Source: a virus
Length of the DNA: 58,225 nt
Strand: one strand, 5' to 3'
IMG/VR virus record: IMGVR_UViG_3300001167_000001
Span: 1-58,225 of that record
Under the pieces are notes generated by a model that was not told the origin of the DNA, made no database searches, and worked only from the letters and a program-made list of their open reading frames with translations. A program made the position numbers and the translations under genes. Within the stretch, counting starts at the first letter, position 1. Each line of letters starts with the position of its first letter. Positions 25,408-33,702 of the stretch are shown here, one piece after another.

Positions 25408-25617
25408 TCAGTGGATAAGTGCCGCTGCCGGCGATACGTCCTTGGCACCATTGATGCGTAACGCGTTTAAAGTCTCATTCAGGGAGCGCAACCGGGCAGC
25501 TTCGGAAAAATACGGGCCGAAGCTACCAAAGGGTGAACCGTTGATTTTAAAGTCGAGGTAGAGCCAACCGTAGTTGCCTTCGCGGCGGACGTATTCGACA
25601 GTAGTGGCGGCATTCAT
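25408..25617 (-). CDS. Hypothetical protein (69 aa)
   Basis: ATG 25617 within the tracked ORF. Operon position. Confidence 0.45.
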   Translation of the reverse strand: MNAATTVEYVRREGNYGWLYLDFKINGSPFGSFGPYFSEAARLRSLNETLNALRINGAKDVSPAAALIH

Positions 25618-25624
25618 TTTGGTT

Positions 25625-25825
25625 TCACTTCCGCGCCTTCGTACCGAGTATCCCCAGTTCCCGTAGCCGATCTTCACGCCCCGGCAACCACGCCTCTAAG
25701 GCCTCGCGGAGCGCTGCGGAGCGGTTCTTTACCGTGTCGCTGTCAATATTGCGGGTCACGTAGTCCAAGCGCTCTACGAGGGCCTTGGGTAGCCGGCCCG
25801 AAATCATTATGGTGTTCACGGCCAT
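25625..25825 (-). CDS. Ribbon-helix-helix (CopG/Arc-type) transcriptional regulator (66 aa)
   Basis: ISGRLPKALVERLDYV...NRSAALREALEAWL. First gene of a leftward operon at a divergent intergenic region. Confidence 0.55.
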   Translation of the reverse strand: MAVNTIMISGRLPKALVERLDYVTRNIDSDTVKNRSAALREALEAWLPGREDRLRELGILGTKARK

Positions 25826-25874
25826 AGGTGGTATGCTCTAACCCAAGATGTATGACAAATCAAGAGGCTAACCA

Positions 25875-26519
25875 ATGGCAGCAGCGGCAGGGGCAGCATC
25901 GCCGTTCGGCGCCGGCCTTGGTGGCGTCATCGGCGGGGAACTCGCAAGCCAGGACATTACCGCTGGCCAGAATGCCGTCAACAACAATACGGCGGCTGCG
26001 ATAGGAAATACGCAGCCATACAACCTATTTGGTCAGTCGTTCTTGAATCCTACCAACAACGCAATTACCGACGCGCAGACCTTTGCGGGTAGTACGCAAG
26101 GCTACAATCAGTTTATGTCCGGCTACACGAACACGCCGGCTGCGCAATACCAGCTTCAGCAAGCGGACCAAGCACAAAACAACAGCGCCGCTGCGAAGGG
26201 CGGCTTACTCTCTGGCTCAAATGAACGCGCGCTCGGCACCATCAACAACGGAATTGTTGCTCAGAACGCGAACACCGCGTACAACGAATATTTGTCTGGC
26301 AATAGCCAGCAATTCGGCCAGCTCGAAAGTGCGCTCGGCAATATGTTCCAAGCGATCGGCGTGGGGCAGACAGCGACCGGCCAAGATGTAAGTGCCACCA
26401 ATTCGCAGAACGCAGCCACGGCAACGCTGACAGGCGATCAAGCGAAGGCTGGCATGGCGAAGGGCAGCGGCTTGGGGTCTATTTTCAGCGGACTTGGTTC
26501 AATGGCGATGATGGCCTAG
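25875..26519 (+). CDS. Q/N/G/A-rich virion (ejection/internal) protein candidate (214 aa)
   Basis: ORF with AAGAGG SD. Composition resembles podovirus internal proteins. No catalytic motif. Confidence 0.4.
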   Translation: MAAAAGAASPFGAGLGGVIGGELASQDITAGQNAVNNNTAAAIGNTQPYNLFGQSFLNPTNNAITDAQTFAGSTQGYNQFMSGYTNTPAAQYQLQQADQAQNNSAAAKGGLLSGSNERALGTINNGIVAQNANTAYNEYLSGNSQQFGQLESALGNMFQAIGVGQTATGQDVSATNSQNAATATLTGDQAKAGMAKGSGLGSIFSGLGSMAMMA

Positions 26520-27034
26520 TCGCGTACGATCGAATAAATAAAGCAATCCTGCGGTTCTGTACTTACATTAGGGAAAAATTCAAACCTACGCAAGACGCCT
26601 TCGCACGTAGCACCCATGCGCTCAGTTACGCGCTGGGCTGGAATGTTGTCAACGTGAATGTATGTCCACAGCCGCCACGTTTGAGGGTGCGTAAAAATCC
26701 ACTGCACAAACGGCCGGCAGAACTCGCGACCGGCGCCGCGCGCTTTCCAGCCGGGACGGAACATAATTGACATGGTTGCTTGATGCCGGCTGACTTCCAA
26801 GCCGATGATGCCTAGAATCTCGTTGTTAGAGCAAACGGCCTGCCATTTCGCGACGCTGTTGTGATATCGCTCTATGAGCTGCGTTGCTTCGTCCACGGTC
26901 TTGTGCGTACGAAAGCCCATGTAGCGCGTCACGTCGGGGTTGCCTGTCAGTACGAATAAAGCGGGGCCTTCCCATGGATTCAAGTCGCGAAGGGTGAAGC
27001 GACCGACTTGCGCGTTGGTCATGGCGCGTTCCAA
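26516..27034 (-). CDS. GNAT-family N-acetyltransferase (RimJ/RimL-like, 172 aa)
   Basis: FTLRDL...ILGIIGLE...ATMSIMFRPGWKARGAGREF...HVDNIPAQRVTERMGA fits the Acetyltransf_3 layout. Confidence 0.6.
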   Translation of the reverse strand: MERAMTNAQVGRFTLRDLNPWEGPALFVLTGNPDVTRYMGFRTHKTVDEATQLIERYHNSVAKWQAVCSNNEILGIIGLEVSRHQATMSIMFRPGWKARGAGREFCRPFVQWIFTHPQTWRLWTYIHVDNIPAQRVTERMGATCEGVLRRFEFFPNVSTEPQDCFIYSIVRD

Positions 27035-27588
27035 GGAAACAACTGTTTCGGTTTAGCTAATCGTTCGTATCGCGTGTACGGCGCAGCTTTCGGTCCCCAT
27101 ACCGTCCATATGCAATTAAAGTACGGCCTTCCGGCGCCTGTAAAATCCGGTTTCCAACATAACGCGTAAATCGCTTCGGGCAGGCGACGGTTCCAAAGTT
27201 TAGTACGGTTAGCAGCATGCCATAGATTAACGTTCACAAGCATAGCGACGTACGGCGTGTCAAGGTCCAGCGCGTGCTTTATGAACGCCGATACGCTGCT
27301 GCCGAACGGCGGGTTAGTGACAATAGCATCGGCGCGACGCCACGGAGTTTTTAGGAAGTCAATTCCGCCCGTACCGTAACCTCGATCAATCAAATCTGTA
27401 CCAACAACTTGAAAACCAGAGTGTTCAAGAATTCTTGCAATTCCGCCGTCGCCGCAACTTGGCTCCCACACCGTACAAGGCCAGTTCGTAAGAGTTGGTA
27501 ACAGCGCCAATGTGCATTCGATTGGCGTCGGGTAAAAATCATTTTCTCGCCGCTCGCCACCGTTGTTGGCTGCTTGCAGAATCGTCAT
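27019..27588 (-). CDS. DNA N6-adenine (amino-)methyltransferase (189 aa)
   Basis: DFYPTP, motif I EPSCGDGGI, motif IV IVTNPPF. Confidence 0.7.
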   Translation of the reverse strand: MTILQAANNGGERRENDFYPTPIECTLALLPTLTNWPCTVWEPSCGDGGIARILEHSGFQVVGTDLIDRGYGTGGIDFLKTPWRRADAIVTNPPFGSSVSAFIKHALDLDTPYVAMLVNVNLWHAANRTKLWNRRLPEAIYALCWKPDFTGAGRPYFNCIWTVWGPKAAPYTRYERLAKPKQLFPWNAP

Positions 27589-27595
27589 GTGATTG

Positions 27596-27940
27596 TCAAA
27601 CGCTCGCTTTCACAGCTTCTTGATACAATTCAAAGCAGCGCGTCATTTCGGGACACTCTTTGCCCTTTGCTTCATCGCAAACAACCCAGCACCACTCGCG
27701 CGGCTTTAGGGCTTCAATAAATGCCATGCCTGCTTTGCGCGTCTTAAATCGCGTGCGCCCCAAACTCCTACTTGTACGGATGTGCGTTACGCACCATTGC
27801 GATTCGTCAAATTCAATTCTTGCGGTGCCTTGAAATAGAGGATGCGTCAGCGCGAGAGGCGATCCTTCGTATGAAACATATCCTACGCAATCAATTGAAA
27901 CGTCGTTTTTAAGCTTAAGTTTGAAATTAATTTGCATCAT
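27596..27940 (-). CDS. Hypothetical protein (114 aa)
   Basis: ATGATG at 27940 overlaps the polymerase TGA. Confidence 0.5.
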   Translation of the reverse strand: MMQINFKLKLKNDVSIDCVGYVSYEGSPLALTHPLFQGTARIEFDESQWCVTHIRTSRSLGRTRFKTRKAGMAFIEALKPREWCWVVCDEAKGKECPEMTRCFELYQEAVKASV

Positions 27941-30741
27941 TTCCGCATCCGCTCGCTCTCGTACCCTTCGCAATCCAACGGCAGCCCCGAAGTCCACGAA
28001 CGCGGACGCCGCATAATCTCACGCATTTGTTGCGACCGTACAGCAGCAACGTCGGCACGCGCAAGCGATAAAATCGAATCGTACACGTCCAAGATCAAAA
28101 CCACGTCAGGCAGCTCGCGCTCTATATCGGCTTCGGCCGCCGTCACAAGATCCCGCGTCATGGACTGGCAGTTATGTACCAAAAGAAAGTGCCCCGACCG
28201 CGTACGTATCGTAAAGCGGCTCCGTGGGCCACAATCCAGCAAATCGTAAACCAACTCTGATGATTTCAAGATCGTTAATTTTTCTGCGATTGAGCATATT
28301 GGCTTGGCGACTGATAAATCGGATGTTTCCGGGCTCGTAATTCCCGTCGTTATCTTTTCGGTCCATTTCAAAAGCCGGGTTATCGAAGTTCGGCAGTGTC
28401 GAAACGTACTCGATAAAATTTCGCGTGCCGCCCTTGCCGCGCCAAAGCCAGAACACGGAAACACCCCTACCGCCGTAGTGCGGCCAGCTCTTAACTTTGG
28501 GGTTTGTACATCTGGAAACTGCGTCAGATAGTTGCCGCATAAGTCTATTTTGTACGGATGCTGACAGCCCGAAATCGCGGCCGGTGCTGGCATCGTGCCA
28601 ACTCCGCACGTTATTTCGAACGCATACAGTACAGCCCGTAAAAGTTGCGTTACGGAAATCGCTGCGGCGTTTAATTTCTTCCGCGCTGCCGCAGTCGCAT
28701 TTAACAAGAACGTCCATGCGCTTACCGCGTCCTTCGTGGCGCGGAACCCAGCCGGTAACGATGACGTTGCCAAATCGGTCGCCAATTTCAATTTGCTCTG
28801 CGACAGGGCGCCCCAGCTTTGCCACGTCTGCGTACCGCCCTGTTCGGAGCACAGTATCAAATGGTCCGACGTGGCGCGGGTTCCACATACCTCCGTTACA
28901 GCTTTGTTTCCTTGACATGTGGCCCCTTCCTGCGTAACCCATTCGACGCCATCCCATACTAGATCGTTGGCGGTCACGGCGTCAATCCTTTTGAAACCCG
29001 TACTTGTCAGTACCTCCGTATCGCCGGCAAAACAGGCAATCTCTAAAAGGCTGCCACCAAAAGCTTTCTGTCTAAGCATCGCGCCGAACTTGGCTCTAAA
29101 AAACGCCATTTCGCCGCCGTACGTAATGTGCGCGGAGTAGTGCGGCACGGCGCGGCCGGACGGCAACAGCATCCATACAGTGCCGTGGCTGTCCTTTTGA
29201 AATGCGACTTTGCCGGCCGGAAATATGCGGCCCGGCTGTTCGTAAATTGCGAACTTGAAAGCATCGGCGAGCGCGTACCAGAGAGATACTAGCAGCGGGT
29301 TTGCTTGCCGGTAGCCGTCAATATCAGAACGGGCTTTGATTTCATCTATGTTAATGCCACCTTTACGTAGGTGGGCTAAAAAGGTTTTCCAACCTAGTTG
29401 ATAATTGCCGCCAAGTGTAACGTTTTTATATATGGTGTATTCTTTCAGGTGGTTCTTTTTGGTCCAGCCTTCGGGCCATCCGCCCATTTTTATGGCGTTG
29501 TATATGTACGGATTTTTAGTCTTGTCTGCGATCACGCTCAGGCGTTCAGTATCGCCGGCCATCCACATAGCCAGCCGATATTCCGCGCCTGATAAGTCAT
29601 TGTCGCAGATCATCCAGCCCGGCGGGGCCACAATGCAGCTCCGCAAGCAATCGGTCAGTGCAAGATTGTTATATTTAAATCCGGCTTTAAGACCCTGGAT
29701 AACGCTGTCGATTGTTGGGCGCCCGTCTTCCCCGTCGTACTTACCAGACGGACGGGCAATGTTAAAAAGGTTGGCACCTTCGGACGTACCGCGACCTGAC
29801 CGCGCGCCGAAATACCGCGTAGCGTCTTTATAGAAGCCGTTGACGTGCCGATCTAGCAACGCTTGCGCCTTCAGCGGTGCCGAACCGCCTCCAGATTGCA
29901 ACAGCTCCAGAACGATCCGTACGTCGGGGTGCAGGTTTTCATCGGCCAGTTTTTCAGCGACAATATGCTTTTGCGTGCTTTCCAGCCCGGCAGCGCGATT
30001 GCCACTGTTGCACCAATCCATAATGCGCTGGCGCTGCGACAGCTTCGTTACCGCGTTCTGCGTCAGCTCCATTAATGTCGCGGTACTCTCTTGCTCGATT
30101 TCCTGCCGCCGTATCGCAATCGCGGTTGCCAAGTGTACATCGACCGGCAAACCAATTTCGTTTTTGCACCATGTACGTTCAAAAATCAGGCGTTCATCCG
30201 GCGTAAGCGGCGGCAGCCGGACGTCCAAGTCAATAAGGCAATCCACGTCAACGTCGTTGTACTCCAGCAATTCACGGAATACTTGTACGTCTTCATTAAA
30301 CGTGCCGTCCCGCTGCGGCCGGCAAGTCTTCATGACGAGTTCGCGCCCGCGCGGGTCTTTGCCCCGGATGCCAAGCGTTTTGCAAACTTCGTCCAAGCCG
30401 CCCGGCAGCGCCAGTGATTGCGCCCGCGCCATTGTGCAGTCTATTTTCGATAGCGGCAGATCAAGGAAAGGATTGACCGCGCGCAAAATACTCACGTCAA
30501 AGTTTGCATGGTGGGCGACGAATCGGCGGCATTGCCGCACATCTGCGTACAGGTCCGCGAGTGTGTGCGTGCCTAAGTTCGGATGTACGGGGCAGGCGCG
30601 TTTACGTACGCCGCGAAACTGCCAAACGACCGACGTTATTCCGGTGGAAGGATCGGCAGCGTAGCGACGCGCGCCGGCCTTTTTAAGATCGCAGCGACTC
30701 CGCGTCTCGAAGTCGGCCGGTAGATCGTCAGGGTGTGGCAT
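27937..30741 (-). CDS. Family-A DNA polymerase with 3'-5' exonuclease domain, interrupted by an intein (934-aa precursor)
   Basis: Exo I DFETRS, Exo II HHANFD, Exo III YNDVDVD. Pol motif A CDNDLSGAEYRL, motif B KNVTLGGNYQLG, motif C ILDVYDSI. Intein lies between ...LLEIA and CQSMTRD. Confidence 0.85.
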   Translation of the reverse strand: MPHPDDLPADFETRSRCDLKKAGARRYAADPSTGITSVVWQFRGVRKRACPVHPNLGTHTLADLYADVRQCRRFVAHHANFDVSILRAVNPFLDLPLSKIDCTMARAQSLALPGGLDEVCKTLGIRGKDPRGRELVMKTCRPQRDGTFNEDVQVFRELLEYNDVDVDCLIDLDVRLPPLTPDERLIFERTWCKNEIGLPVDVHLATAIAIRRQEIEQESTATLMELTQNAVTKLSQRQRIMDWCNSGNRAAGLESTQKHIVAEKLADENLHPDVRIVLELLQSGGGSAPLKAQALLDRHVNGFYKDATRYFGARSGRGTSEGANLFNIARPSGKYDGEDGRPTIDSVIQGLKAGFKYNNLALTDCLRSCIVAPPGWMICDNDLSGAEYRLAMWMAGDTERLSVIADKTKNPYIYNAIKMGGWPEGWTKKNHLKEYTIYKNVTLGGNYQLGWKTFLAHLRKGGINIDEIKARSDIDGYRQANPLLVSLWYALADAFKFAIYEQPGRIFPAGKVAFQKDSHGTVWMLLPSGRAVPHYSAHITYGGEMAFFRAKFGAMLRQKAFGGSLLEIACFAGDTEVLTSTGFKRIDAVTANDLVWDGVEWVTQEGATCQGNKAVTEVCGTRATSDHLILCSEQGGTQTWQSWGALSQSKLKLATDLATSSLPAGFRATKDAVSAWTFLLNATAAARKKLNAAAISVTQLLRAVLYAFEITCGVGTMPAPAAISGCQHPYKIDLCGNYLTQFPDVQTPKLRAGRTTAVGVFPCSGFGAARAAREILSSTFRHCRTSITRLLKWTEKITTGITSPETSDLSVAKPICSIAEKLTILKSSELVYDLLDCGPRSRFTIRTRSGHFLLVHNCQSMTRDLVTAAEADIERELPDVVLILDVYDSILSLARADVAAVRSQQMREIMRRPRSWTSGLPLDCEGYESERMRK
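28171..29034 (-). mobile_element. Intein (288 codons) in the DNA polymerase
   Basis: Block A CFAGDTEVLT, block B TRATSDHLIL, block G FLLVHN followed by +1 Cys. Codon positions checked against the DNA (TGT 29034..29032; AAC 28173..28171; TGC 28170..28168). Confidence 0.8.
28172..28957 (-). CDS. HNH homing endonuclease encoded out of frame inside the intein (conserved core about 28280..28795; true start uncertain)
   Basis: IGDRFGNVIVTG..KCDCGS..CTVC; WPHYGGRGVSV; FEMDRKDNDGNYEPGNIRFISRQANMLNRR (phage HNH family pattern SxDRIDNDGNYEPGNCRW...NNRR). The frame differs from the polymerase frame by 2 nt. Confidence 0.7.
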   Translation of the reverse strand: MGWRRMGYAGRGHMSRKQSCNGGMWNPRHVGPFDTVLRTGRYADVAKLGRPVAEQIEIGDRFGNVIVTGWVPRHEGRGKRMDVLVKCDCGSAEEIKRRSDFRNATFTGCTVCVRNNVRSWHDASTGRDFGLSASVQNRLMRQLSDAVSRCTNPKVKSWPHYGGRGVSVFWLWRGKGGTRNFIEYVSTLPNFDNPAFEMDRKDNDGNYEPGNIRFISRQANMLNRRKINDLEIIRVGLRFAGLWPTEPLYDTYAVGALSFGT

Positions 30742-30782
30742 GGTGAAAGCGGGGGCTTTTTAGGCCCCCGCGATCTTATCGT

Positions 30783-31538
30783 TTAGCGCGGTGCGAAGGG
30801 GTTTGCCGGTGGCTGAAAAGCGGGAGCTCCCGAGTTCGGCGCAAACCCACCTGCCTGCGTCTGCGGCTGAAAACCGCCCACAGCCGGGAAGATAGCCGGA
30901 CCCGGAGCGGCAGGGGCTAGGAAACCCCCTTGCGGCGCAAAACCTCCAGGCGACGCACTGAAGCCCGCCGGACGCAAGCCTTGCTGTTCCGCCATCCGCA
31001 TCAGCTCGGCACCGCTGACGGAGTTGGCAAACACGATTTCTTCACCCGGCGATGAAAACACAACCGAGTTCAGATAGATTTTCGCCGCTCGATTGTTCTG
31101 CTGACTGACGGCTACCGATCCGCCAATCATGCAGTAGTCACCGGACTTCACGCCGACTTTGTTCGGCAATCCTATCAGCGCCCCGCCGGCTTGTGCCAGT
31201 TCGACGTTGATAGGCTTGCCGCTAGAAGCGTTGAACAGCCAATGACCTTTGGCGAATTCAGATGACTTGCCTTCCACGTTCGGCGTGTCGCCGTCGTGAA
31301 TACGCCAGTCGATAATCTGCGGGTTGGACTGGTAGATTTTGCCGAGTGCCTGAACCAGTCCTGCCAACGCTGGTTCGTGATGCCATTGTGGTTGCGTTTT
31401 TTGGGCGATGAAGCCAGCAAAGTAACTCACTTTTTGCTGTTTCTGCCCTTTGAACATGTCGGTAGGTGTCCACAGATTTCGCATATCAACAATGCGGACG
31501 TTGAACAGCGTGAACGGTTCATACTGCCTTTGAGCCAT
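30783..31538 (-). CDS. ssDNA-binding protein candidate (DUF2815/T7 gp2.5-like) with G/P/Q/A-rich C-terminal tail (251 aa)
   Basis: Sits between the Cas4-like nuclease and PolA, as in the known DUF2800-DUF2815-PolA module. Disordered C-terminal tail. Confidence 0.5.
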   Translation of the reverse strand: MAQRQYEPFTLFNVRIVDMRNLWTPTDMFKGQKQQKVSYFAGFIAQKTQPQWHHEPALAGLVQALGKIYQSNPQIIDWRIHDGDTPNVEGKSSEFAKGHWLFNASSGKPINVELAQAGGALIGLPNKVGVKSGDYCMIGGSVAVSQQNNRAAKIYLNSVVFSSPGEEIVFANSVSGAELMRMAEQQGLRPAGFSASPGGFAPQGGFLAPAAPGPAIFPAVGGFQPQTQAGGFAPNSGAPAFQPPANPFAPR

Positions 31539-31613
31539 TGTCAGTTTCCTTTTGCCAGTTTGTCAGTAGTCAGGTAGTTACGTTGCGAAGTATAGGCGTA
31601 CGGTTGGGGTTGG

Positions 31614-31844
31614 TCAAGTGGTCTGTTTTTCTTCTGCCTCCACCAGCTTTTGCAGCGCGTCTTGCTTGCGTTCGATCTCAATTCTCAGGTAGCCGCCGAT
31701 CTTACGCAACGCGTTTAGCTCGGTTTCGGCTTCCGCCATGTTCACTTCTTCGGCGCGCTCGCGGCGTTTGATCGCTTCTTGTACGCCATGAAGCCCAGTG
31801 ATTTCTTCGCGGACGGCTTTGATCGGATCGAAGGTTTCGGCCAT
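31614..31844 (-). CDS. Coiled-coil hypothetical protein (76 aa)
   Basis: Charged heptad-like ORF lying 1 nt downstream of the 31846 stop. Confidence 0.5.
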   Translation of the reverse strand: MAETFDPIKAVREEITGLHGVQEAIKRRERAEEVNMAEAETELNALRKIGGYLRIEIERKQDALQKLVEAEEKQTT

Positions 31845-31845
31845 A

Positions 31846-32841
31846 TCAGTAACTCGCCTTCAACTGCCCTTCAGGCTTATGAGCGCCAACAGCCGCGTAT
31901 TGCTTACCAGCCGGCCCCAGCTTTTCGGCCTGCGCCGGGGAAATCGGCTTAATCCCGCGTGGGCCAAATTGTTCGTACAGCACCTTGGCGGCCTGCTCTT
32001 GGTCGTTCCACTGTCTGAAAGAACGCCCCGGCTTCAATACAGCCCCCGGCGTCGCATATCCCAGTTTCAGCTTCGTAACCAACGCGTCGTCATAAACGGC
32101 CTTCACGTCGTCAAGCGCGCGGATAATTCGCAACAGCCGTACAAGTTCCTCGCTGGTCAGGCTTTCGGGGGTACGCGACATAGCGCCCATGACGAAGCCG
32201 GCATCAATCGCCATCGCGGGGCATTGCTGGAACGCGTTGCACCAACGGCACCACGGGCCAGGGCGCGGGGCACTGCGATCGGCAATCTGTCGCAACACGC
32301 GGTCGCGGTGTGCGATCACTTCGCTACGGTGCGCGACCCATTGTTTGAACGGCGTTTCGTCCAAGCCGTTCGGCTGGAAAATCACGAGGCGCCACCATTC
32401 GGCGTCGCACTCGTTAAGTAATGCAGCGGCGTACGTCAACATTTGCTTGTTATGGTATGCGTCAACGTCCCACTTGCCGAATTTGTAGTCCATGATAGTC
32501 GCGATGTACGGTGACGCGCCAGCATAAGGCGAGTTGAAAAGGTCGGCTGTACCACCGCATTCGTGCGCTAACTCTACCGTTAATTCTGTGTACGTGTCGC
32601 CGGGTTCAAGCTGTCGTACAAAATCAATGCCTAAAGCGACGGCTCCGGCTTTGCTGTCGCTGTCATCTGGAAAAGCGTTTTCTGCGACGGCGAGCGCCAA
32701 CAGTTCATGGCCTCGCGTACCTTCGTCCGCCGCTTGCTGCGTCTTCAGCGGCTTCGGCGCTTCCGGTACACTATTGCGGGCTGAGAAAGAACATTCCAGC
32801 CATGTTGCTGCGGACGATGGTGCGAAAATAGCGTGGGCCAT
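31846..32841 (-). CDS. PD-(D/E)XK Cas4-like exonuclease (DUF2800-type, 331 aa from ATG 32841)
   Basis: HAIFAPSSAATWLECSFS, DEGTRGHE, MDYKFGKWDVDAYHNKQMLTYA, C-terminal Cys cluster CRWCNAFQQCP. Confidence 0.75.
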   Translation of the reverse strand: MAHAIFAPSSAATWLECSFSARNSVPEAPKPLKTQQAADEGTRGHELLALAVAENAFPDDSDSKAGAVALGIDFVRQLEPGDTYTELTVELAHECGGTADLFNSPYAGASPYIATIMDYKFGKWDVDAYHNKQMLTYAAALLNECDAEWWRLVIFQPNGLDETPFKQWVAHRSEVIAHRDRVLRQIADRSAPRPGPWCRWCNAFQQCPAMAIDAGFVMGAMSRTPESLTSEELVRLLRIIRALDDVKAVYDDALVTKLKLGYATPGAVLKPGRSFRQWNDQEQAAKVLYEQFGPRGIKPISPAQAEKLGPAGKQYAAVGAHKPEGQLKASY

Positions 32842-33047
32842 TAGACTTCGATTCCTTCGTCCCATTCTTTGTTTTTGTCCCGTGCGTATTTATGGTTTTC
32901 TGCGTACCACTTTTTATTGTAGCGCCGTACGCGCTCTTTATTGTTGGCAGCGTACCGCACAGCAAAACGGCGAGCGCAAGGGATGCACCTTTTGTTTTCG
33001 TATCGCAGTGTGCTTCCGCACGTACGGCACGGTTTCATCGGGTGCAT
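32841..33047 (-). CDS. Zinc-ribbon protein carrying the HNH-type N-terminal repeats but no nuclease domain (68 aa)
   Basis: CRTCGS...CIPCARR, then AVRYAANNKERVRRYNKKWYAENHKYARDKNKEW (same repeat type as in 7050 and 20990). Confidence 0.5.
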   Translation of the reverse strand: MHPMKPCRTCGSTLRYENKRCIPCARRFAVRYAANNKERVRRYNKKWYAENHKYARDKNKEWDEGIEV

Positions 33048-33057
33048 CCCTCACGGA

Positions 33058-33492
33058 TTAGGCATTCATAAGGCGCGCAATGTTCTCCAGCCCCGGCACC
33101 GCCAATTTGGGTAGAAAAACTTGCTTGATCTGGTCCATGGTCGCGGCAGCGGCTTCCGCACCGCACTGCCCACGGAACCACGTAAGCACGGCGTCGGCAG
33201 GCTGGCCGCTGGCAAGGGCGCTGTCAATGCGGGCCGAAATACGCTGGACGAGGCCGGTGACGACCGGATCGACCGTAGGCGCTCCAGGGAAGCCCTGCGG
33301 AGGCGTAAACGTAGCCGGCGCGGGGGAGGGGTTAAACGCGGGCTGTTGCGTTTGTGGCGGTGCCAGCGGGGCCGGTGCTTGGGCGCTCTGCGTGCCGGTT
33401 TGGTCGCCTTCGTCTGTGCCGCCGCCTTTGCGTGGATTTTTGATCCGCGCCTTAAATTCTTCTTCGCTGTCGAACTCGACTATTATTTTCAT
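33058..33492 (-). CDS. Hypothetical protein with P/Q-rich linker (144 aa)
   Basis: ORF in the operon; no motif recognised. Confidence 0.5.
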   Translation of the reverse strand: MKIIVEFDSEEEFKARIKNPRKGGGTDEGDQTGTQSAQAPAPLAPPQTQQPAFNPSPAPATFTPPQGFPGAPTVDPVVTGLVQRISARIDSALASGQPADAVLTWFRGQCGAEAAAATMDQIKQVFLPKLAVPGLENIARLMNA

Positions 33493-33702
33493 GGTTCCGT
33501 TCTCCGGTTGCTGGTGACGTTTTTCGATTTAGAAGGCGACTGTATGACAAAACTCTAAGGCCGCGTCAAGGCCCTTCATCCGTACAAGGCTTAAATTTAT
33601 AAAAAGAAAAACCAGTCCGGCATTAGAGGCATCCAAAGCGGAGACGTAAGCCCTCCCACTATCACCACCCAAAAAATCATATAAGCCCAACACGGCATCT
33701 TT

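Noticed and set aside
28280-28795. The possibility that the polymerase-frame translation of the intein middle (about 170 aa) is itself a folded endonuclease or linker domain
   Set aside because: I recognised no LAGLIDADG, HNH, GIY-YIG or other motif, and the composition looks like an out-of-frame read of the HNH gene. I kept it only as an open frame that must be translated through (see the intein finding).
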